NCBI GenBank assembly: GCA_048772705.1
Contig: JBLWGC010000182.1
Coordinates: 1-64,000, forward strand
Source: Leidyana gryllorum EB-2025a
Taxonomy: Eukaryota > Protista > Apicomplexa
Length of the DNA: 64,000 nucleotides
Direction: 5' to 3'
Made by a program: the position numbers and the translations under genes. Below the pieces are notes generated by a model. The model saw only the letters and a program-made list of their open reading frames with translations, was not told the DNA's origin and searched no databases. Positions 37,107-50,188 of the stretch are shown here, one piece after another (the stretch's first letter is position 1; the number at the start of each line of letters is the position of its first letter).

Positions 37107-37709
37107 GCTGCAGTGCCGGCTCCCCAAACATCTATGACTGTTCTCTTTCGTTGTGTGCGGGGCCCGGCTGAAAGGTCGATCTCGTGATTGCGTCCCCACT
37201 CCCAATTAGTCTCCGATCCATTACGGACAATATATTTATATGTGACAGTCTTGACATCTGCACCAAATGATCAGCCGTAGAGGGGTGGGAGAAGTACATA
37301 CCAGGCGGAAAGCTTATGTCACAGTGCCAGTTATTCCCTTCGGCCCATTCCATTTTGACTGCATCTTTGGGGTCCCAACTGCCGAGGGGGGCAACGCTTC
37401 CAACAAGGAACAATTCTTGTCCGAACTATGAAGTTAGATGCAGTGGGGATGTTAGAACAGAGAGAGACTCACGTGGGTTGCGAAATTGATCTTGAAGTTC
37501 ACAGTAACAGAAGTGGTCTGAGCCGCGGCTTCCTGTTGCTGCACGATCTCCAATGCTCGGTAGTACATCTCGATCTTGCGTTCCTGGGCCCTTTGAGCAT
37601 ATTTCGCCCTGATGCGTAGTCGGTCTTGCATACGTTGCTCATCCTCAGCTAGTGCCCTGGCGGCGGCTTCCATGGATGCCATAGCGTGGAGGTTCCCTTC
37701 AGGCGTCAC
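37103..37709 (-). CDS. Small CBM20 starch-binding domain protein; two introns
   Basis: VNFKI..|FGQELFLVGSVAPLGSWDP..MEWAEGNNW..|..YKYIV..WEWGRNH matches the CBM20 consensus. Confidence 0.88.
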
Positions 37710-37799
37710 AAAAAGTTTTACACTCTTTGACTTGATGCAGCAAGTCGTTCAGCCCCGCCTTCACCTCTGTTCAGTTTTGAGTCACAATTGCACCACACA

Positions 37800-38865
37800 C
37801 TAGCGCCACCTACCTGGGATCCAAGGATCGAGAAGGGCAATGAAGCGTTCAGCCTGGGCAATCCCTCGTGAGGCTGGCTTTAGCAATTCCACGCATCCCC
37901 AGAAGTACAACAAAGTCAAATCTACACGGTTTGAACCAGTGGTCGAATGAAAAGGGCTTACAACGATTGCGAGGCTCTGCAAAAGCGAGTTGTTGGAGCC
38001 AGTTGACCCAAATGTCTGCTAACTCCGTCATCTCTGGGCCGGTCAAATCCAAAACCGGTTCGAGAATATCAGTTAGAAGGAACCGGCTGGAGGACTGTGG
38101 TATACTGTACACACTTTTCTTACCAATGGGCCGCAGCAAAGTAGTGCAGGCTACGCTTGCGCAACTGGTCCGTAAGAAAAGCTCTCTCGTCGATGTAACT
38201 CAGAATAGGTTTCAAAGGGGAAACAGGGAACGAGGGGAGCTCTTCGATGGTTGGCAAGCCTTCTGGATCATATTCACTGATGGATAATTCACAGCAGTCT
38301 TTCGGCGCTACACCGGAAATCCATCTTTCCAAAAGCCACCGTCTGCAACGGTAGATTGATCTTTGTTGCAGGGATCATGTCCAAGCGGCTCTGCCGGAGA
38401 CGCACACACGCGTGCGCTCCTGCTCGCCAGATGCTCAGTGTGGTTCTTGCCACCTGACACCTACCTATAACGCCACGCTCGGGGTGATTTGGGGTGGCTG
38501 TTGAGGAAAATAGCGTTGAATCTGAGTTCATGATGGATTGTCTCGGGTGAGACTAAGCGCGCCCTTTCTCTCCAAACAGCGAACGAATCGCCCCGGCATA
38601 TGTCATGTATATCGCGATTAGGCCATTGTTTGCAAGAGGCGTTAGCCAGATCCCATCTCCATTTATCACTCAGCATCATATGGCCTCGACGTATCAGGAC
38701 ACCTGCCAGGAGCGTTTTCTCCTTTTCGGGTACTTGAGGGCCGCATTTTTCATTCTCGATGAAGCTCAGAGGAGCGAATACCACATCGCAACTGTCACAC
38801 AATAACCGGAACACGCTCTTGCCTTACATATTATGCGTCAGGTACAGCGCTTCTATCTGCTCCAT
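37800..38865 (-). CDS. Protein prenyltransferase alpha-subunit repeat protein (PTAR1-like)
   Basis: DSFAVWRER and HELRFNAIFLNSHPKSPRAWRYR resemble PPTA repeats; later RKRSLHYFAAAHW. Confidence 0.6.
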
Positions 38866-38970
38866 CGAAAGAAATTATGACAAGTCACTCCTCTCCCTAC
38901 TTCCAAAGGGAGCTCGCTATCGCTACCCAAGCCCAAGCAGTACTGAGCGTTCGAGAAGAGGTATGCTGAC

Positions 38971-39420
38971 GTGGTCACTTTCCATGAAAAACACCCGTTC
39001 CAGATTATTAGACTGCAGAGAGCACGTGAGGCTAACCGGGAGTTTCTCACGGCTAGCCGACGCAGGAGACTGAACAACAGACACCGTTTGTGGGAGTGCA
39101 TCAGTCAACAGTCAGGTTCACACCACCCGGCTGGATTCATTGAGTCAGACGTGGATTCTGTTGTGTCCTTCATCACCACTGGTAAGCAAAGAAGAACGAG
39201 CATTCTGTTGACAAGTGGCATTAATCACACAGAGCAGCAGAGAATTGAAAAGGAGCTAAAAGGTCTTGAACGCCAGCGGAAACAATGTCTCGCCCAGCTT
39301 CTGGAACTTTCGCCAGATGCCAGTACGATGCCCAAGGGCGACTTGAACTTTCTTCTCCAGCCCACTGGCGTTGACTTGGACGATGATGATGCCGATAGTG
39401 AACCCAGCAGTGACGCTTAG
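38971..39420 (+). CDS. Hypothetical protein (149 aa), coiled-coil and acidic tail
   Basis: ATG-initiated ORF filling the gap between neighbouring genes. Confidence 0.55.
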   Translation: MVTFHEKHPFQIIRLQRAREANREFLTASRRRRLNNRHRLWECISQQSGSHHPAGFIESDVDSVVSFITTGKQRRTSILLTSGINHTEQQRIEKELKGLERQRKQCLAQLLELSPDASTMPKGDLNFLLQPTGVDLDDDDADSEPSSDA

Positions 39421-39549
39421 TGTGAGACTGAATGGGTTATAAGAAGGAGTCTATCCGGCCATCCTTCTTCTTCTTCACGCTCTCGACCATCAGTCCGCCC
39501 GTTCCTCACGAGACTTGCCAAGTGCTGGCGGAGCGTGTGTTGATTGATT

Positions 39550-39855
39550 TTACCCGAGGAAGGTGTAGGCTCCCAGGAGGATGACGAAGCCAGTTAGTAT
39601 ATACTGAACATAGGCAGTTGATGTCTTGAGTCCCGGGAAGAGTCCTGGGGAGGTGATCTGTGTCCTGAAAGCCAGTGTTCCGACAGCTAGCCCCAACTGC
39701 CCATAGAAGCTGGCCAAAAATGCATTCTTTGGATAGGTGCCGACTACCACAGCATATCCGGACACCACTGCCAGATTCAGTATTAAGAGTAGGAGGAATC
39801 CATTCAACACTCTGACGTGAGCCGGCTGTTCTCGCAGAGCACTTAGAGCCTTCAT
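39550..39855 (-). CDS. DAD1: Oligosaccharyltransferase subunit DAD1/OST2
   Basis: Three TM helices, GYAVVVGTYPKNAFLASF (cf. VGTFPFNSFL), FRTQI, C-terminal TFLG. Confidence 0.85.
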   Translation of the reverse strand: MKALSALREQPAHVRVLNGFLLLLILNLAVVSGYAVVVGTYPKNAFLASFYGQLGLAVGTLAFRTQITSPGLFPGLKTSTAYVQYILTGFVILLGAYTFLG

Positions 39856-39881
39856 ATTTAATAATCCTACTTTTTTCCTTG

Positions 39882-41520
39882 TTACACTACTGTAATCTGC
39901 TGTTCAGGGCAAGTATCGGCCAGCTTCTCATTCTTGCCACCAGACTCAACTCCCCATAACGGCAACTCGACTGAATTGCCACTAACTGTACCAGTTCCAG
40001 AAGTGGGTGTGCCATCTCGATCACCACCGCCCAGACTCTGACGAATGTAGGCATAGACAGTAATGCCAGCCAGTGAGGAAACCAATCCCACGATTGCGCG
40101 GAACTGTAGGTGTTCTTTGAAGAGAACCTGAAATAGGCGGCAAGTGAAAGAGGTGTAGGCGGGGTGGGGTGGGGTGACACGGCTTTGCTGACTCGACTTT
40201 GCTGTGTGTGTGCGCGTGTGTGGACCCACCATTGACATCCCAATTGTCAGTACCTCTTTGCCCACTCCCGCGACAGTTAGGGTCAAAGAGGAAGTTAGTT
40301 CTGCGTGGATATGGAGCAGAGAGGGAGGTGGTTGTGGTTGTTACCTATCAACTTGAACTCGCAAAAGAGCAGTACTGAAGCCAGAAGAACGGCGAAGACT
40401 AAGAGGAGCAATATTGCACAGACTCTTTGCGAGTCAGTTGGCTCAGAGGCCCAATTGGACACGAGATCTGGCATATCATACACGACTGCGGCGGGGACTG
40501 CGGAGTGAGATAGATTATTGGGTGTGGTAAGGATTCCGGAGCTCACGTAAGCAAAGGGCCGCCAGGGGTTGCGTGAGTGAGATGAGATCTAAACTTCCCT
40601 TCTTAGCGGAGGCGAGTTGTTTGTGGACGAGCACCCATCGTACAGCTGCGCATATGACGGCTAAGGTTAAGACAACGACTCTGCAAACGTGAATTAGATT
40701 GAGATGTGATTGGGTCGCCGCCGATTACCCGAAAGAGTTCTGAATTTCCATCCCAGGGACCGAGATCGCAACACTCATGATGATCCACAGTAAAACGGCA
40801 GCCAGTCGCAGTCGAAAGGTTTCAAGTCCCGCAACGATGGAAGCTCCATATGTAGCAGCGACGAGTGTCGACTTGACCACCGTCATCACTGACAGAGACA
40901 CCATAGAGTATGCCTGGTTACCCAGGGCGATCTCCACGGCAGAAAAGAATGCAACTGGACAAAGTCGAACCCATAGACAGAGACCGCTCTTACTTGGCAG
41001 TATAGTCGAGACATATGTCTGGGGGTCCACGACCAACTTGGATCGAGGTCCTATTATATATGTAACAACCTGACATTAAATATGTGTGAGAGAGAGCAGT
41101 GGCCAATGATAAGTCGCCCACTGTTCTTATTATCAGTGCCACTCCTGCAAAGTGGACAAAGGTAACAGCGAGTGGATACGGGAACGCGAGTGAGTCCAAT
41201 AAAATCTTATTGCCCGCTGTGAGTAGCAGACTTATGAAATACCATAAGACAATCAGCCCGAATACTGATAGAGCCAATTGTGCATTGGCTCGACTGAATC
41301 TATAGGTCGCTTGATAAGTGGCCCGTGTGGCTTTCGCAGTCAAAGTGGTTCGCAACTTATGTTTCGGAATAATCGTGGACGCTTTGTGGGGTGAGGTCGT
41401 TGGTGGGTCAACAGGGTGCCGATGAGTCAGCGGTGCCAAAGCCGGACTGACGGTAACCACTTCTGCATCACCTCGGGGGGCATGGGAGGCACTAGTTGGT
41501 GCCATGCACCTAGGCTCCAA
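39882..41520 (-). CDS. SLC35C2/TPT-family nucleotide-sugar transporter; multi-exon
   Basis: LWYFISLLLTAGNK..FPYPLAVTFVHF, EIALGNQAY..VSLSVMTVVKST, TLTVAGVGKEVLTI. Confidence 0.85.
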
Positions 41521-41538
41521 AAATGGGCAATTTAAGTG

Positions 41539-43278
41539 ATGAACTGGGAGCCTTCACCTCTGCACTTAGCCAGTGTGTCGCCGGTGTCTAAAGGATTTGA
41601 TGTGGCTTCAGTTGCTGCCAGTCAGATACGTTTGGATTTACACGCACGAAAGCAGCGCGTTGCAGCACAAGGTCATTTATCTCGACCTACTCACAAGAAA
41701 AGCTATCTTCAACCTCGCTCCAAACTCCGTAAAGCCGTACCCTTCTCAAACGCCCACGCCGGAAGTCTAGACGCCCTGGACGAAGATGTCGCCCCCATAC
41801 GCCTAGTTAAGACCCTCGTACATGTCACTGCCTACGATATTGAGCACCTCTATACTGCTCTATTGGCTCAGGGCCGCCAGTGCGAACTCCTAGATGACAA
41901 AACTGCCCTTTGGGTCGATCTCACACTCCCTCCCATCGGTGCTGAAGACTCTCTCATCGTTGATTTCCCTCCTACAACCTCCCGCCCAGGCAGTCGCGTT
42001 CGGAGAAGAAATCGCCCAAGGAAATTCACTCGATCCAAAAGCGCTGACGCCCTCCCTCCCACGGCACACACTTGGCTGCGAGCCAATCCTTCGCGGAGTA
42101 CAGTGAGTGCCCCACAGTACGATACCTATCTCTGCTGCCAACGATGCATAGGTCGAGTGCTGTGTTTTCAGCTCAGGCGTCGTGGTGGTCTGGGGTCTAC
42201 GGCCTCAACTCCACACAAGAAAAACTGCCCCTATTCGATCCACTGAGGGGGCCTACACTAATTCGACCCCCTCAACATTGGCGGCCTCTGTCCCTGCTAT
42301 CCCCGAATACGGGATAGATCTACCTTTCAGCCGCTCCCCAGACACGGCAGACAACATCCGATGGAACACGGACATTGTAGATAGCACTGTTTGGTTTCTG
42401 AGTCAATTCGCCGAGGGACATCTCAGGCCAGACTGGATCTGTGAGGACACTCTACACTACGTCCAGTACAGTGCACATGAACGTCCGAAACACAGATCAT
42501 ATCGCGTGGCACGGGACACGTTTGTATTAAGAGTAAGCGCTCAGCACCTTCCATGAAAAACAGTGCGACTCTTGATGCCAGACAGGACGATGGCAGGAGA
42601 AGTTCGCAGTGAGCTTGGCTCTCGCGCAGTCAACGATTCTTGGCGTCTTTGGTGAGTTCTTTAACCATCCCACACACGTGTGCGACGTCTTGTACTACAT
42701 TGTTACTCTACAAGCAGAGGAGGCGATTGATTCCACCATCCGCCGGCTGACTCATTCATCAACCGTTCAGAGCCTGCCTGAACAAATGCGGGCGGTGGAC
42801 ACTGTAGCCTGGTGGCAGTGGTGGAAAAGAGCCGATCTGAATGAGGGTGACGACTCTTTGGTGCGGAGAGTGGCTCAGCTGTATGTAACAGTAATTGATG
42901 TGAACCTCGTGCAGAGTAAGTCGCCAGGTTGAACACCAACTACTCTTTCGCCCTGCGCGACACAGAGCTTCTGGATGTTCCTGACTTCTTTTGGGAGAAT
43001 CCGGGCTTTCAAGGTCTTTATGGTGCGGTACACGAATACTTGGAGGTTCACGAGAGGATCGATCTGGTGAATACGCGATGCAGTTGGATAAAACAATTGC
43101 TGGCCGATGTGACCCGAAATCGGCAAGACTGTGAGTACCAACTTGTAGTGAGACGATGGATCATCTGGGTGTTACAGTGCAAGAAATACGACTGACTTGG
43201 ATCTGTATTATCGCAATATGTGCGGCAATCTTAGCAATGCTCATGGAATGTGTATTAGGTGATCGAGGCGGTGTGTGA
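41539..43278 (+). CDS. RMD1/DUF155 family protein; multi-exon
   Basis: AYDIEHL, GVVVVWG-like segment, SLALAQSTIL, ELLDVPDFFWENP..LY..YLEVHERIDLVN, C-terminal TM. Confidence 0.85.
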
Positions 43279-43308
43279 GAGGGGGGTGCAACGTGTTCAG
43301 CGGAGAGT

Positions 43309-44518
43309 ATGGTGACCACTCGAGCCAGCCGATCCGATTATGAGTTCTTGTTCGGTGATGATTCTCATCTCCGAGTAACAGGAGACCTGCCTCCCGCCTC
43401 CGGGAGCCAGATGGAAAAGCGCGCGGCATGGAGAGAGACCTTAGGTCCTTGGGGACTTGAGGGGGAAATATCTTTGGATCTGCAAGTGCCTATCCATCGT
43501 AGACTAGAGATGGCTAAATTGATCCGAGAAGACAGCCGATACTTCGCTGCCCTCGACACCATTGAGAAGCTCAAGTCTAATCCGTCTTCAGCGCCGTTGG
43601 ACCTTTCGGATGAAGCGTTAAGCGATGTCTGCCTTATCCTTGAGCTTAGTCGCTCGCTTCGGAATCCAGAGTTGGCCACCAACCATACTGAGGAGCCCAG
43701 TCAATCTGCGGACGTGTCAATCCGGAATCTCATCGATGAATTCAACACCGCCAAAGTGCAATCAGTGACCAACAGCGCCCACGAATCCCGACGAATGAGT
43801 GGAGAACCGCTCATGAAAACGAAATTCCGCTACTATCTCGTACGGCTGGGCCCACCAGCCAACTGCCGTGTAGTTCACACCAAAGTTACGTCTGATGCTG
43901 GTAGGTTTAAAGGGACATGCCTGTGGGCCCTGACAGTATGACTCTGCTTTTTAGTTGAGAGGACCATAATTGATGGCAAGCCGGCTGTCACCTATAGAGA
44001 CTCGTCGCGTCGGCTACGAACCCGCACATTCAACAATAGGTAGGCATACCCGTGACACGCAAACTCTGAACCTCGCGAGTAGCATCGATGCCGACCGATG
44101 GAACAGCGATGAGTCTCTAACTGGTCACGAGGCGACCATCCGGGCACGCAACAAACAGGTGGAGTGGTCTGCATTGGAGCTGGCCATGGTCGGTCCAGTT
44201 CCAGCGCTACCAGGTAAGCACAGTCCTTGGAAGATCAGCACTCAATAGGCCGTTTTCACAGCGATAATGTACGATCCGGAGCACCACGCCTTCAAGGCCA
44301 CAGTGGTCCTTGAAAATCATTTCCATCTCACAGAACCATTCCTCGTTCAAGATGGGAGATTCATGGAAGCTCGCCAAAAAGCCATGGGGTGGTTGAAGCA
44401 AATGGAAAGCTCAATGGCCACACTGGAAACACCCTTGGAAATCCTCGAGAGAGAGATTCGCCAAGCTACACCTGATTTATCCTTCGCTTTCCATCAACAA
44501 TCCCACCTTTCCACCTAA
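43309..44518 (+). CDS. Hypothetical protein, about 3 exons
   Basis: Consecutive ORFs 43309-43941, 43970-44248 and 44267-44518 separated by GT..AG segments. Confidence 0.55.
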
Positions 44519-44533
44519 GGAAAAATAAAACCA

Positions 44534-46270
44534 ATGTCCCAACAACAGAAGGAAGAAACAGCTTCGGCTCTTCAGTTCCCACAGTTCGACCCCTGGGTCC
44601 CCCCAAAGCACCGAGGCGTTGGTATCTTCAGACTCCCCAAACGCCCTACCGGAGACTTGGCCAGACTCAATGTTTTCAAGTAAGTATCACCAAGCAGTAT
44701 CCCACGTTGTACACCATTCAAATAGATATGCTGGCGACCAACTTGATGGAGGCCAGAAACGAGTGCCACTCGTCGACCCGAACGATGACGATATAGATGA
44801 AGAGGCCATCCCCGTGGGAGAAGACGCTGGTGCTGACGACGGGGCTGACGAACTGCCCATATCCCCGGAAGATGCTAAGCACCTTCACTTGGAGAAGCTT
44901 GCAGGGCGGGAGGGCCGATGGTTGACCGTGTTGGAATGCCCCACTGAAATGTTCGGGCTGCTTATAGGGAAAGCTGCAAGTGCCAAACAAGAGTTCGAGA
45001 CCACATATGACGTTCAATTGACCGTAAGAGTTGCGTTTGTGTACAGCACACACTTGAATCATCGCAGTTTCGGGACGCTTCTTCGAAAGAACTGGGCTCG
45101 CCAAGTCAGCTGAAGCCGTCGCGTGCACAACAGCCCCGGCCGATAATCAAAATCGGCAGACAGGAGAACGGAACCATTGAAATTCGTCAGGACAGCTCGC
45201 GACACCGTTTGCTTGAGGCGCGACGAGCGATGCAAGAATTGATGATGAGCAAGCTACACAAACTGCCCTACACACACTTCTTGTCCCTGCCGTTCCTGCG
45301 CAGGGATAACGAGGAGTTATGTAAACGCTACGATCTGTTCCGCAAGCAAGTGCTAGAGGCGACCGACCCGATCCGCGATCAAATCGATGATACGATCTTC
45401 ATGGAGCCGGGACAGCTTCACTTGACTCTATGTATGCTTCGGTTGTACTTCAAAGATCAAATGACGGCGGTTCAAGAAGCCATGGACGAGTGGGAGCGTA
45501 ATCCTCGGTTAGCGGATCTGTTTGAGAAGAAGGAGTCTACGGCGGGTAGTATGGTTGTGGGGTTGGATACAACGAGTCTTGGGAGTAGACGGAAGCGGAG
45601 CCGTGGAGCGAGTAGCAGTCGACGAGACTCAAAGACGCTGAGCGACAAGTTGAGTGATTTTGAGAGCCTGGAGCCGTTGCCCCCGGGTTTCCACATTCAT
45701 CTGAAGGGTTTGTCGTTCATGGGGGATGATCCAAACCGCGTTGATGTTCTGTACACCAAGGAGGCTGAAGGTGAGGCGAATGCCAACAAGCCGGGGGCTG
45801 GGGAGCATAACAAGTTGGGTAATAAGGCTACATGGCTGATGCTCCGTCGCAGTGGTTCCACGTACATCCACACGCTATGTGATGTGATGTATCAGAGCTT
45901 ATGTGATCGTGGGGTCTTAGACTGGGAGGAGTTGAACAAACAACGGTTGTTGGACTCTGGTGGACGGCCTCAGATACATTTACACGTAACTCTACTGAAC
46001 AGCAAACTACGGACAGCCGCGAGTCCTCTGTTACGAGGGCATCAGGCACACGCTCGGGCTACTAACCACACCACGAGCGGTGTGGCCGAGAGCACTTTAC
46101 CGCGATTGCCTTTCAACGCCGTGAATGTGTTGAGGAGTTTTGGAGACTTTGATTTCGGGGTGGGAGTGGTGAAGGGTCTGCATTTGAGTCGACGAGGTGC
46201 CGCAGCGGCAGATACAATGTACTATCACGCGGATAAGGTCGTTGGAATATGTGTTGATCAAGGTTTGTGA
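44534..46270 (+). CDS. ASCC1: ASC-1 complex subunit p50 (KH + 2H phosphoesterase)
   Basis: FGLLIGKAAS (KH), PYTHFLSLP, LHLTL and LHVTL (two HxT motifs), FGDFDFG..LHLS. Confidence 0.88.
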
Positions 46271-46294
46271 TCAAAAACTTTTTTGTCTTTGAGT

Positions 46295-49184
46295 ATGGAG
46301 TTGGAAGTCCGCCGTCAAGAGTTCTTGGGAGGCGTCCATGAGGTCACCCCGGAGGAAATGGCCGCCATCGTGGGGGCTGGAGGCAAACACATCATTGAGA
46401 AACCTTTGGGCGGCGGTGTGGCAGACCAGGACCAACAGGAGGATGGACATGCCGACATCTTGCAAGTCGAAGGGGATCGGATGATATTCAACCCTCAAGG
46501 TCCTGATCCTCTCAACTTGCGTGGATTCGAAATTAGTTTGCCGTCACCTGACAAAGCTGATAAACTTGGCTTTGCCTTTGGCGGTCAGCCAGTCTTATAC
46601 GAGGAAGGAGCTCCCTTACCGGTGATTGGCTTCGAGATCCCTGGTGGGCCTCGTTACAATGTCCTGGAGGAAATGGGTCTGGAAGTCAACCGCTTGGCCG
46701 ATGGATCTCTAATCCCTCGTTTGCCCCAACAATTGCGGAGTGCTCCGCCCACCAACCGTCCTCCTCGTCTCATCACTGAGCCTCGAAAAGCCGTATATGC
46801 CAACGGCATCGAGATCGAAGAATTACCACCACAAGCTGCCACCACTGCTGCCTATGTGACCACCCATAATCAGTATATGAACGACCAATTCCAGACCACT
46901 GGGGCCACTCTGTCCATGATGCCTCCACAGTCCCCTGTTGCCCAGGCTCAAGTTTTCGGTAGCCATCATCAAATTCCCGAAATCGCTCATATATCCCTTA
47001 AGGATGCACATACGCTCCGCAAACCTACTGGACACACTGTTTCCCGACGCCGTACTGATCCAACTGCCATAGAATATGTTGGAGCAGCCGTTGGTAACCA
47101 AATGGAGAGACAAATCGTCTATACACATGCCAAGGCCCCTCAGCCTGCTGCTGCCACACACACGCGTCGCGCGGTGTCTCCCACCAACAATGGCACCCAG
47201 AACCGCAGAGTGAGAAATGCCAAGCAAGCTATGAGTGGCCGCAACCCGATGTGCGGAGCTGACTTTTTGAAGTACACTGCTCTTGCATCTCAAGCTCTGG
47301 AGCAAACGCAGGGATGGCTAAAAGCAATGGGTGCCCCACCAGCTGCGGCTACTACCCAACACACCTCGACCTCCAATCAGGCGCAGCAGAGTCGATCAAT
47401 TGAAGAAGATGCCGCCGCCAAAGCTCTACGCCGCAAAGAGCGCCGACTTCGCCGAGAACGTCGGGCAGCTGCCGCTGCGGCCGCCGCCCAGCATCATGAG
47501 ATGATCGCTGCTGAGCATCAACAGCGCGCCACTGCTGGAGCTGGCATGATAGCTACGGAGCACCGGGCGACGGCAGGGGCTGAATTGCGCTTCATGCAGC
47601 AGAGGAATCAGCAGCAGCGTCAGCAGGAGGCTGAGATGCGAAGATTGCCTTCTGACGAAGCAGTGCAAAAGATGATTAGCATACGTCCACATCAGCAGCA
47701 AATGCTGAATAATCTGTCGCCCCAACAAATGGCACAGATACAACATATATCTCCTAGAATCGCCCAGAACGTCCGTCAACCTCAGATGACAAGGCTTGAC
47801 CGAGGTGCCCCAACAATGGAGACACCCATGTCCGCCAGAGGCGTACCACCCGGTCCAACAACTCCGAGACTCCCCAAAGCATACGACTTTGCTCTGCCTA
47901 TTGATCGCTCAGCTCTACCAGAGATTCTCCAACAAGCGTGTGACGCGCCGGGGACTATCCAGATGAGACAACCAGTAGCTATGAGCCCAGAGCAAGCCGA
48001 GGCCATTGGCAACAATATTAGTGCCATTCCAACCATGTTGGAGAAGCCGAAAGTGCTCCATCCTCAATTAGCCCAAGGGCTGAGTATGGCAGAGATCGAG
48101 AAGGCCAAAATGGAGGCCATCGCAGAGGGCAGAGTACCTCTGCGAGGTCAAGTGGGAGTTATGACAGCCACCGATCAGCTCAAGTTCGCGGCCACCGTTA
48201 AGGATGGCGAGACTGAGGCGCGGGAGCGACTGGAAGAAGCTCAACGCGGCCGTTGTGTGGCCCCCCGGGATCAGATGGTGGCTGCTGGCGGGGCGGGGTT
48301 AGCGAGCCCACATCACTACAGGAGAGATAATCAGCCTTCTGAGAGTGCTACTCATCAGCAGCAACAGCAGCAACAACAAGAGGGCAGCGAGGCTGTGGGA
48401 CTGAGTCTCAGCGGAGGGTCTGGTCATGTCCATCGTCACGTCACTGCGTCGGCCGAAGCAGCTCGGACAGGCCCGCGGGTGGTGGATGTGGATCCAGTGC
48501 GGGCACGTTCGACATCTCCAGGCCGGCCGACTGCCCGGGAGAGGGTATTCGAGATCGCCACTGCTTCCGGAACCCGCACAATCGAGTTGGTCACATTGAA
48601 CGAAGCACCAAAAGTCGAGCTCTTCCGCAACTTTTTGACAGAGGAGGAATGTGATCGATTCGTCGCGTTGATCGACCAAGTCGAAGCGATCCCAGATAAT
48701 CCCGTAAGCCTTTCAATGCCCCTTTGGCGATTGAACTCTCTGGCTCTCTCTCTCTCAGAACAATTTGTTGCTGGACGAAAACATGGACCCCAAGTCCAAG
48801 CTGTATATCGCCAAGATATCGCGACGGATAGCGGCTCTGACCGGATTGGACATTGAGGATTTCGCCGGAGTCTGTCCCTCGGTGGTCAAGATGACCGCTA
48901 TGGACGCGACCAAAGACTTCAGCGATATCATCAGAATCTATTTGGACAGTAAGTCGGGTAGAAGAGGAGGACTGTTTGTTGATCGACTGCGTCTCTTTCC
49001 AGCTGAGCAAGAAGAAGGGCAATCTGATTTCCCCTGGCTTGGCATCAGTGTGTGTCCACGTCGAGGAGCAGCGATTCGGTGGCAGACGAAGAACGAAAGA
49101 GGGTTTAAGGCGGCCAGGGCAACACACAGTGAATCAGTCGGGAAGGGACAGCAGAGAAGACTGCTGACTATTTACGTGCGGTGA
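46295..49184 (+). CDS. Large low-complexity protein with C-terminal degenerate prolyl-4-hydroxylase-like domain
   Basis: LNEAPKVELFRNFLTEEECD, RIAALTGL, IYLD|TEQEEGQSDFP..VCPRRGAAIRW..H; Q/A-rich N-terminus. Confidence 0.72.
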
Positions 49185-49505
49185 AATATATAGTCAGAAG
49201 AGGACTAATGATTAGACACTAATGGTTTCGTTGTTTACCTCTGTATTTCTGTTTGTGCGTGTTGGAGTGGAGGCTCATGAAGACGATGAATGCTCGCTCG
49301 GCCAGTGGCTCTCAATAGCTATTCGTTCGTCGAATGTGGTCGATCGTTCTGTTTGTCTGGTTCGATTCGGATGTTGGTAGAACATGCGACTGGTGACCGT
49401 TCAATGAGGTCGGGCCAGCTCTAACATTGGCGAGGGATCACATCTAACGGGCAGTGGTTTGGGTGACTGGAGTGGGGGAGTCTTGGCACACTGTCAATTT
49501 CCATG

Positions 49506-50188
49506 TCAGTCCTTTGGACGATGTTGCTGCAAGGATTGTGAAGGAATGGCTGACGGTGGGTAAAGTTGTTCAAGGCTTACCAAAGCTTGAGCGCGCACTC
49601 GTTTGTTGTACTCTGCCTTGTTTTGCTGGAACAGAACATAAGGGTCCACTTGAGCAGGGGAAGCAGGGTTAGGATGGTCGAGCAGGTCCTGATTCGGAAA
49701 TATATAAAATCAGCACACGAGAAGGTGAAACGCACCTGAATACCAAGCAGGATCTGCTTGATGGTTATCGATGGTTTCCAATCCTCGTCCTCGCTGAGGA
49801 TGGAGAGACATACTGTGCCGCTCGGATAGATATTGGGGTGAAAAAGCACACTAGAGAATTTGCCTGTGTGAGGGGTGGGTGGGTGAAGAATGTATGCCAC
49901 ACGTGTTTGCGCTCACATTTGGGAGGCTTCGACGGGTACTCCTCCGGGAAATCCATAGTCATAACATATTCACCGCCCTCCCACAATCCCTGCAGCAGAG
50001 TTGATATAGTGTACGTGTGTCACGACGGCTGGAGAACTTACCCCTTTCTTGCCCGGTATCTTGCAGATCCACTTCAGAGGATCAACGCCTCCCGACTCCT
50101 TTGGCGCATATTTGGCTGAGAAGCCAGTAGGGTGGTCAAGACGCCATTCTGCCCGTTCAAGTGCCAGCCGTTTCCGTGCGATGGACAT
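49506..50188 (-). CDS. UBC9: SUMO-conjugating enzyme UBC9; four introns
   Basis: [23 protein letters not shown]|[44 protein letters not shown]|[13 protein letters not shown]. Confidence 0.96.
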
